From a virus (Duplodnaviria > Caudoviricetes): DNA of 26,681 bases. The notes under the pieces are model-generated. The model saw nothing but the letters and a program-made list of their open reading frames with translations. It was not told the origin of the DNA and did not search any database. Positions 16,340 through 23,105 of this stretch are shown here, in pieces. The stretch's first letter is position 1; every line of letters begins with the position of its first letter. Made by a program: the position numbers and the translations under genes. The DNA is taken from the IMG/VR virus record IMGVR_UViG_3300005582_000083, positions 1 through 26,681 of that record; one strand, given 5' to 3'.

Positions 16340-16780
16340 TTATTTTTGATTTTGATTGATAAAATAAATCAGTTTTTCTTGTAGTGATTCGTATGCTAAT
16401 ACAAATGGTTTATCTGAATTAGTCAATTTTGCTTTTTTTAATCGGGTTACACCAAACTGTACAGAAGATGATGAATTTAAAAATATATTTTTTGAAATAT
16501 GCCTTATTGATAATCCTAAATCAAAGTGCATTAAACAGTAGGATATTTGTTTTGCTTGTTTAAAATTTTTACCAGCACCTCTTTTTAAACCTGTTGTAGT
16601 TATTCCAAAGCGATTTGTTACGATTTCAAAAATGTAATTTATTTCAAGATTTTTGTCGTTTTTCTTATTTATTAAACTGATTAAGAAATGATTAAACTCT
16701 TTAAGTGTATAGTGTTGAAGCCCTCTATGAAGGTTGTATAAAAGTCTATCTATTTCATCTTTTTGCCTTACTATTTGCAT
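16340..16780 (-). CDS. DnaA domain IV (Bac_DnaA_C)-like HTH DNA-binding protein
   Basis: IFEIVTNRFGI...AKQISYCLMHFDLGLSIRHISKNIF...SSVQFGVTRL parallels the DnaA C-terminal domain. Confidence 0.65.
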   Translation of the reverse strand: MQIVRQKDEIDRLLYNLHRGLQHYTLKEFNHFLISLINKKNDKNLEINYIFEIVTNRFGITTTGLKRGAGKNFKQAKQISYCLMHFDLGLSIRHISKNIFLNSSSSVQFGVTRLKKAKLTNSDKPFVLAYESLQEKLIYFINQNQK

Positions 16781-16806
16781 TTGTGCATGTTACATTAAAT
16801 TATGTA

Positions 16807-16814
16807 CAAAAATA
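16807..16814 (-). promoter_or_regulatory. Bacteroidota -7 element (TATTTTTG) for the leftward operon
   Basis: TAnnTTTG, 27 nt upstream of the ATG at 16780. Confidence 0.55.
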
Positions 16815-16867
16815 CACATTTAAAGTGTGCAATAATCATTAATATTAATTTTTTAAAAAAATAATTT

Positions 16868-16875
16868 TAATTTTG
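16868..16875 (+). promoter_or_regulatory. Bacteroidota -7 element (TAATTTTG) for the SSB-like gene
   Basis: TAnnTTTG just upstream of the ATG at 16887. Confidence 0.5.
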
Positions 16876-16886
16876 TAAAAAAAAAT

Positions 16887-17186
16887 ATGGAAGATTTTAA
16901 GAGTAATAACGATAAGCAAAAGCATTTTAGCATTGTAAAAGGCACTATAAATCAGTTAAATGATTCAGATAACTTTTGCTCTATAACACTTCATTGTGGA
17001 CATGAAAATCCACGACCAGTTAATTTGATTACTAACAAGCCAAAGTTTGATTTAATCAAAAATAAATTCAATATTGGTGATAAGGTTCAGGTAAAATATT
17101 ACCTACGTTCACAATTTAAAAATAGTCGTTGGTTTACTTCAGCCAACATTCTTTTTGTTGATGATGATAAGAATATAGAAAATTAA
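16887..17186 (+). CDS. DUF3127-like OB-fold ssDNA-binding protein
   Basis: VKGTI...IGDKVQVKYYLRSQ...RWFTS pattern; only credible plus-strand gene. Confidence 0.65.
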   Translation: MEDFKSNNDKQKHFSIVKGTINQLNDSDNFCSITLHCGHENPRPVNLITNKPKFDLIKNKFNIGDKVQVKYYLRSQFKNSRWFTSANILFVDDDKNIEN

Positions 17187-17225
17187 AAAGGACATACTAT
17201 TTTTTCTATTGTTTTAATTTTTAAA

Positions 17226-17858
17226 TTATAAAATATTAAAATGTCGTTCATATAAGTGTAAATTATTAACAAAATGATAGTACCAACCAATTTTAATATT
17301 TAATTTTTGAGCAACAATTTCTTGAAGTTTACTAAAACAATATTGGTCATTACAAAATCCAAACCATAAATCATTACTTCTCATATTAACAGTCATACAT
17401 AATTTATTTTCAATTATTTGAAAATGTATACTTAAAGTACATGGGGTATCAAATTTATAAGTATTTATTTCTTTACCATCATAAATAGATAAAACTGCTT
17501 GTCTTGTATTTTTATTATTATTTAATTTATCAATTATTTTTTGTAATTGATTTTCTCTTAACCATTGCCAACCATAATTAGACCTAACATTTCCTTTTTC
17601 ATCCATGTGGTTTTTCCATATAACAGCTTTTTTTGATATTTCTTTAGCATTAGGATTACCTGATAAATACCATTCCCATTCATACTGTGCATAATCTTTT
17701 TTCCAATTTCTCCAAATAGTACTTATTTCATTATCTAAAGGGTTTTCAATATAAAATCCTTGATTAAAACAAGCTAATGTATTTTCTACTTTTATTCCAT
17801 TTTCTTTTATATAATTATACATATAACAAAAAGCTTTATCTGCATTTTCAAATTTCAT
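17226..17858 (-). CDS. Thymidylate synthase-fold enzyme, probable dCMP hydroxymethylase
   Basis: TRQA, catalytic PCT, MRSNDLWFGFCND (Asp at the position of E. coli ThyA Asn177, as in T4 gp42), NLHLY. Confidence 0.8.
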   Translation of the reverse strand: MKFENADKAFCYMYNYIKENGIKVENTLACFNQGFYIENPLDNEISTIWRNWKKDYAQYEWEWYLSGNPNAKEISKKAVIWKNHMDEKGNVRSNYGWQWLRENQLQKIIDKLNNNKNTRQAVLSIYDGKEINTYKFDTPCTLSIHFQIIENKLCMTVNMRSNDLWFGFCNDQYCFSKLQEIVAQKLNIKIGWYYHFVNNLHLYERHFNIL

Positions 17859-18121
17859 ATATCTAAAAAATTTTGTAAGTTAATAATTATTGGATTAGAT
17901 TTTTTATAATTTATTATATTTTTTTTAAAATTTTTATCACTTTCTTTTTTAATAACTATTCCATCTAAAATATCTCCAACTTTACAACATAAATCTTTAT
18001 TTGGACCTTTATGCCAACGATATTCTATATTTTGAGAATCATATAAATAATAAGTAACTATTAAAGATTCTGAATGAGGACCTTTATATGGGTCTGATAT
18101 TTTTTTACATTTTAATAACAT
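17855..18121 (-). CDS. Hypothetical protein in the modification operon
   Basis: 4-nt overlap with the downstream gene. Confidence 0.6.
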   Translation of the reverse strand: MLLKCKKISDPYKGPHSESLIVTYYLYDSQNIEYRWHKGPNKDLCCKVGDILDGIVIKKESDKNFKKNIINYKKSNPIIINLQNFLDI

Positions 18122-18125
18122 AACT

Positions 18126-18428
18126 TTATTTTTCTTTTACAAAAGTTCCATTTTCCATTTTACCAATTCTATTTTTTATAACATTATAAGCTGAATTTAT
18201 ACAGTCTTCTATTTTAACTCCATTAAGTTCTGCTAAATTTGTTAATACCACTACACAATCACCAATAGCATCAATAAACTCTTCTTTATCGTTTTTTAAA
18301 ATAGATTTTGATAATTCTCCACTTTCTTCTTGTAATTTAATAAATTGTGTTTTAATATCTCCTTTTTCATAGATACCTTTGTTTTTTGCCCAATCTCTGA
18401 TGGATTGAAATTCATTTGTTAGTTTCAT
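18126..18428 (-). CDS. MazG-like nucleotide pyrophosphohydrolase
   Basis: KLQEESGEL...DAIGDCVVVL metal-binding pattern. Confidence 0.85.
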   Translation of the reverse strand: MKLTNEFQSIRDWAKNKGIYEKGDIKTQFIKLQEESGELSKSILKNDKEEFIDAIGDCVVVLTNLAELNGVKIEDCINSAYNVIKNRIGKMENGTFVKEK

Positions 18429-18450
18429 TTTTTTTTATTTTAAGTTATTA

Positions 18451-19332
18451 TTATTTCCAATCTTTATATGAATTTATTTTATTTTTTTCAAAGTTTTCTG
18501 GAGCTTTTATATTTCCAGCAACATTCCAAAACCAAATATTTTTGTTTGTATTTTTTGGAATATATTTCCAAGCTTTTCCATCATAACAAGGAACAGTATT
18601 AAATTCAGGTAAATTATTTTTATGCTCTTCTTTTAAAAAAGGTAATGGTTCGGATATTATTTCTGTTCTACCAAGTTCTCCATTTTTCATATTTCTTGCA
18701 ACACAAACTCCTTTCATTTTAGTATTTTCAAAACCTATTTGTAGTCCTCTTGTTAAAACACCTGTTGAAATTACAGACCATAATTCTTCTGGTTCATTAT
18801 AATTTTTTAAAATATTTTCACAAATTTTTACAAATCCTGCTATAGTATAAGAATGATTTAATCCAAATGGTAAAAATTGATAATCATTTTGTTGAGCATA
18901 TTTTTTTGCTATTTTATTTAGATTAGGCATAGCTGCAATTCTTTCAAATATAATATTTTTAGGTTTCATATTTATTATATAAGCTTGATTGTCTGATATT
19001 TCCTTACATGCAGGCATGAAAAAAATAACTTCTTTATTATAAAGTTTTGCAAGTTCCATAATTGCTACTCCAGCATGACCAACTCTTGGAACAACATATA
19101 CTAAAGTATTTTTTTTAATTTGAGAAATTAAAAATTCTGCAGCTCTTGATTTTGTACCACCTTTTAAAATTAAATCTTCCCTAACTACTTTTATTCCTTC
19201 ATGTTCTTTAATAATAATATCTGGCAATAATGATTTAAAATTTTTAGTTAATTTAAGATATGATTCTTTATCTGGATAAAGAATATTAATATCTTTATTT
19301 GTTCCATCTATAATATGATTATTATGTGACAT
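18451..19332 (-). CDS. PLP-dependent fold-type II enzyme (cysteine synthase/Thr dehydratase-like; phage DNA-modification decarboxylase type)
   Basis: VVREDL...GGTKSR (PLP lysine), STGVL phosphate loop, YDGKAW, WFWNVAG. Confidence 0.75.
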   Translation of the reverse strand: MSHNNHIIDGTNKDINILYPDKESYLKLTKNFKSLLPDIIIKEHEGIKVVREDLILKGGTKSRAAEFLISQIKKNTLVYVVPRVGHAGVAIMELAKLYNKEVIFFMPACKEISDNQAYIINMKPKNIIFERIAAMPNLNKIAKKYAQQNDYQFLPFGLNHSYTIAGFVKICENILKNYNEPEELWSVISTGVLTRGLQIGFENTKMKGVCVARNMKNGELGRTEIISEPLPFLKEEHKNNLPEFNTVPCYDGKAWKYIPKNTNKNIWFWNVAGNIKAPENFEKNKINSYKDWK

Positions 19333-20378
19333 TACTTTAAGTTTTTTGAAAATTCATTATATTTATTATACCCATATAATTTTTTTAAAATAGAATTATT
19401 TTTCATAATTATTCCATTATTTTTTTGAATATGGTGTTTAGATTGGTATTCTTGAAAATATCTAACAATATCACAATTTCTTGAATCTTCACAATCAATA
19501 GGAGTTAATGCATATCTATTTGACTGAAATTGTAAAACATCATTTATATATTCAAATTCACTAATATTTTTTTTAATTTTTGGAAATATTGCTTTAATAC
19601 ATTTTGTTGCATTTGTTCCTGCATAAACTAATCCATGTTTATTTACATAATTTGGAAAATATTCAGCTAAATCAGCAGCAAATGCTGTTAAAACAAAATT
19701 TTGCTTTTTAAATCCATTATTATTTAACCATTTATTTCCTTCATCAGTTATTTCATAAATATCTTTTTTATTTTTAATGCAAAAAATATAAAGATGATTA
19801 ACTAATTTTATAGAATATTCAAGTATAAATTTTTTTAAGTGATTATTAGATATTTCTTTAAATGTAAATTGAGGTAGTAAATATCCTTTATTGTCAGTAA
19901 ATGCTTTAGATGTATTTTTTAAATCTTCTAACCACTCAATATGTGTAAATTTATTTTCTAAAATACAGTTTACAATCCAAAAATTTCCAAATCCATGAGT
20001 ACCTATAAAATAATTAAATAATGTATTGTTTACTTTTGGCTTATAATTTATTCCAGAACCACAAAGTCTAAATAAGTAAAATAACATAAACCAGTCAAAT
20101 TCATTATTAATTAAATGATTATTAAAATGTATACCATTGCCTTTAACATCTTTATCTTTTTTCCAAACTGCTTCTGTAAATGAACAAAATGCAGCATATT
20201 TTCTTTGACCCATATCGTATATTGGAACATTATAAATTAAATCATCATTTATATGTTCTTCTATAGAGCCTACAAATGGATTTTTTTCTATTATATGCTT
20301 TTCCATAATCATACTTCTATAATGATATTCATCAACTGATTGAAGTAATTCATCTTTTATTTCAAAAGAATTTGACAT
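19332..20378 (-). CDS. aGPT-Pplase1-like (amino acid:DNA transferase / HhH-glycosylase-like helical) DNA-modifying enzyme
   Basis: DDLI...R, LFYLFR, AFT..KGY, F...AADL..Y....AGTNA, DCED..CD..RY motif series. Confidence 0.55.
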   Translation of the reverse strand: MSNSFEIKDELLQSVDEYHYRSMIMEKHIIEKNPFVGSIEEHINDDLIYNVPIYDMGQRKYAAFCSFTEAVWKKDKDVKGNGIHFNNHLINNEFDWFMLFYLFRLCGSGINYKPKVNNTLFNYFIGTHGFGNFWIVNCILENKFTHIEWLEDLKNTSKAFTDNKGYLLPQFTFKEISNNHLKKFILEYSIKLVNHLYIFCIKNKKDIYEITDEGNKWLNNNGFKKQNFVLTAFAADLAEYFPNYVNKHGLVYAGTNATKCIKAIFPKIKKNISEFEYINDVLQFQSNRYALTPIDCEDSRNCDIVRYFQEYQSKHHIQKNNGIIMKNNSILKKLYGYNKYNEFSKNLK

Positions 20379-21271
20379 TAAAATAAATTTAATTGTTTTT
20401 TCATATTTCTTAAATAATAAATAGGTTTTATATGTACAGACTGTTTAGGTTCCATAATATCAAATAATAAATTATTATTTTCATCTAAAAAATGATGTGG
20501 CCATTCTAACATTGGAATACCAGAATTATATATAATTTGATTTGCTATTAATCTTAATTCTTTTCTTAATTCTATACTACCAAAAAAGTTTTTTCCTTTA
20601 AATTGCCCTGATTTTGGTATTTTTCTTGATTCATTTTCTATTGCAAGTAACTGTGTTATAGTAGAGTTATATTTACAAGCATATTCACAATATCTATTAA
20701 ATAAATCTTTTGTTGCCTCAACTGGATTTTTTTGTCTTGCTAAATGAAATCTTAAATCTATATTTCCAAAATAAAATATGATATGTTTATATTGAGATAA
20801 ATCCATATTTAATTTTAAAAAACCATGTAATGTTTTTCCATCATTTCTTAATATAGTATAATTATCATTTGGCCAAACTGATATTGAGTGAGAATCACCT
20901 ATTACTAAATTATCTCTATTTGGTAATTTAATTATTGGAATATCTATTTCATTATTATATAAATTTATTTTTCTTTTTATAGAAAATTCATTTAATTGAA
21001 AACCATCTAATGAATATTTTAAACCAATATAATTTTTTAACTTTTCAGCTCTAATAAGTATTTCTTGATTCATTCCACCTATTATGTTATATGAACCTTG
21101 TTTAAAATTTGTACCATGATAAATAATAATTTTATTATATTCATTCCAATTATCCTTTTGTGTAAGTATATCAGCATTAAATAATTTAGATACAATATCT
21201 ACCATTCCAGCAGAATGAGAATTTTCTGATATTGCTGGATTATTCAATATTCCTACAATTCCTGTTTTCAT
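20378..21271 (-). CDS. Fusion of a beta-glucosyltransferase-N-like domain and an SGNH hydrolase/acyltransferase domain, with C-terminal clamp motif
   Basis: IGDSH, G, FGNID, SVH SGNH blocks; ends in QLNLF. Confidence 0.55.
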   Translation of the reverse strand: MKTGIVGILNNPAISENSHSAGMVDIVSKLFNADILTQKDNWNEYNKIIIYHGTNFKQGSYNIIGGMNQEILIRAEKLKNYIGLKYSLDGFQLNEFSIKRKINLYNNEIDIPIIKLPNRDNLVIGDSHSISVWPNDNYTILRNDGKTLHGFLKLNMDLSQYKHIIFYFGNIDLRFHLARQKNPVEATKDLFNRYCEYACKYNSTITQLLAIENESRKIPKSGQFKGKNFFGSIELRKELRLIANQIIYNSGIPMLEWPHHFLDENNNLLFDIMEPKQSVHIKPIYYLRNMKKQLNLF

Positions 21272-21543
21272 TTTAATTTATTTTTATTATTTATATAATT
21301 ATTTAAAGCTCCAATATATGCAACTGCATCAAGAAGATTATCTTCTTTATGATTAAATGATTCTCTTGATAATTTTAAAGCAATCATAGCTTTAAACATA
21401 ATAATAGCATCATGTTTTTTTCCTGTCATAAGTGATAATATTTCAGCAGCTTTTTCCATTCCTTCATCAAAATTACCATACATACGTTCTTTTTCTTCTG
21501 AACGTTCATTTACAATTTTATTTGCTTCTTCTAAAATATTCAT
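21268..21543 (-). CDS. DUF6378-like protein (often in phage nucleotide-modification clusters)
   Basis: ILEEA..IV..R...YG.F...MIALKLSR....HKEDNLLD..AY. Confidence 0.7.
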   Translation of the reverse strand: MNILEEANKIVNERSEEKERMYGNFDEGMEKAAEILSLMTGKKHDAIIMFKAMIALKLSRESFNHKEDNLLDAVAYIGALNNYINNKNKLK

Positions 21544-21569
21544 GTTTTATATAATTTAATTTTTAATTA

Positions 21570-21995
21570 TTATATTTTAGGTTGTTTTTTAAATTCATTT
21601 AAGGAATCTATTGGAATAAAAATCTGCAATTCAAAACCTCCTTTATTTAGGAAATTTAAAAACTTGCCATTGTCCAATATAAATTTTTTAGGAATAAGCC
21701 ACTCTTCAATATCATCCATAAGCCTTATCTTATCAAATAACTTTGCATCAGCTATTAATTTATGGTTAAAACCATAAGCGTTAAATTTTCTGAATAAATG
21801 CTTTGTTCTATTGCGTTTGACTTCTAAAATCTTTCTTTCAAGATTTATCACTCCTATGCTTCGGCTCTTAGATTCTTTAATAAGTTTAAGCCTTACTTTT
21901 ACTCTTTTACCGTTATTGAAAACAGTCAGATTGTTTCCATAATCATCTGAAATTACACGAATTTCTTCTGGTTTTTGTTTGTTTATATCATTCAT
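21570..21995 (-). CDS. Hypothetical basic phage protein
   Basis: ORF; no recognised motif. Confidence 0.6.
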   Translation of the reverse strand: MNDINKQKPEEIRVISDDYGNNLTVFNNGKRVKVRLKLIKESKSRSIGVINLERKILEVKRNRTKHLFRKFNAYGFNHKLIADAKLFDKIRLMDDIEEWLIPKKFILDNGKFLNFLNKGGFELQIFIPIDSLNEFKKQPKI

Positions 21996-22066
21996 AAAAT
22001 TAGCGTTTATGGTACAATATTACAACTAATCTTTGAATAAAAAAAAATATTTTATAAATTATTTAT

Positions 22067-22085
22067 TACTGATTGATTATCAGTA
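22067..22085. other. Intergenic inverted repeat TACTGAT-TGATT-ATCAGTA
   Basis: 7-bp perfect arms in a 170-nt intergenic gap. Confidence 0.5.
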
Positions 22086-22165
22086 GCTTATTTTATAAGT
22101 AAAAAAATAGAAAGTTCATTTTAATCTGTTTTTTACATTTTGTAAATACTTAATTAAATACTTTC

Positions 22166-22360
22166 TTATATACTATTATCTTTCTTGAGTTTTGCTAATT
22201 GAAGTTCCTTTATTTCTTTATCTAAAGTATCAAGTTCCACCTGTATTTTTGAGTGTTTTCGCTTATCAAAATACAGAAATAATGCTGTCAGACCTCCAAT
22301 TATTGTAACAATACCAACAAGTGTTTGTATTTGCATTGTTTTTTTTTGGTCTATTGTCAT
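22166..22360 (-). CDS. Small TM plus coiled-coil protein
   Basis: One TM followed by a heptad segment. Confidence 0.65.
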   Translation of the reverse strand: MTIDQKKTMQIQTLVGIVTIIGGLTALFLYFDKRKHSKIQVELDTLDKEIKELQLAKLKKDNSI

Positions 22361-22518
22361 TTTCCTTCTTTTTCTTTTTGTTCTTGTCGAGGCTTAATAA
22401 CAAATTTATATACAAGGAATCCTGCAACTGCAAGTCCTAATACAATCCATAAAGTGTTTCCACCTTTAGAGCCAGTTGAAGATGCTTCTCCACCACCAGT
22501 TTCAAATTTAGTAATCAT
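22357..22518 (-). CDS. Unannotated 53-aa TM protein beginning MITKFETGGG
   Basis: Read manually; ATGA overlap with 22166..22360; TM LWIVLGLAVAGFLVY. Confidence 0.8.
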   Translation of the reverse strand: MITKFETGGGEASSTGSKGGNTLWIVLGLAVAGFLVYKFVIKPRQEQKEKEGK

Positions 22519-22524
22519 AATTTA

Positions 22525-23043
22525 TTAATTTTTGGTTAATTCAAATAATTCAGGTTCTTTCTCAAGCAAAGAGAATTTTGATGTTGTAACACCGTTTTCT
22601 TCTTCTTCATCGTAGTTATCAAAAATAATATCGAATGTTTTAGGTGCTACTGATTTTAATTCATCAATATTTACTGTAAGCCTTCCACCTTCATACATTT
22701 TTTCAAGTTCTTGCTCAACCATTAATCCATCAGGATTTTCTTGTGCTTGTTGATTTTTTTTAGCTTCTTCTTCAGCAGTATCAATCAATTCATCAGGGTT
22801 TTCATTTAAGTCATTATTCTTATCTGTATCATTAACTACATCAAGAATTTCATAATACACCCATTTGTCAAGGCTTTTTGTTCTTGATAGTGTTTTTGGG
22901 CTTAATTCTTCACCTCTTTTTTCAAGCATTTTTTGTGCTTTCAATACTTCTTGAATGGCATCAATTCCATTTTTAGCATCTTCAGGTAAATCATTTACTG
23001 TTAAACCATATTGCTTTAGTGCTTTTTCATACTGTAGTTCCAT
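22525..23043 (-). CDS. Acidic hypothetical protein
   Basis: ORF with upstream promoter box. Confidence 0.65.
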   Translation of the reverse strand: MELQYEKALKQYGLTVNDLPEDAKNGIDAIQEVLKAQKMLEKRGEELSPKTLSRTKSLDKWVYYEILDVVNDTDKNNDLNENPDELIDTAEEEAKKNQQAQENPDGLMVEQELEKMYEGGRLTVNIDELKSVAPKTFDIIFDNYDEEEENGVTTSKFSLLEKEPELFELTKN

Positions 23044-23069
23044 AACTTTTTGTTTTTTAAGTTTATATG

Positions 23070-23077
23070 CAAATTTA
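23070..23077 (-). promoter_or_regulatory. Bacteroidota -7 element (TAAATTTG, followed by CA)
   Basis: TAnnTTTG, 27 nt upstream of the ATG at 23043. Confidence 0.65.
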
Positions 23078-23105
23078 GTAATAATTTTAGATTATTATTA
23101 AAACA

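Noticed and set aside
17226-17858. Canonical thyA
   Set aside because: Asp rather than Asn at the specificity position, and modification-cluster context
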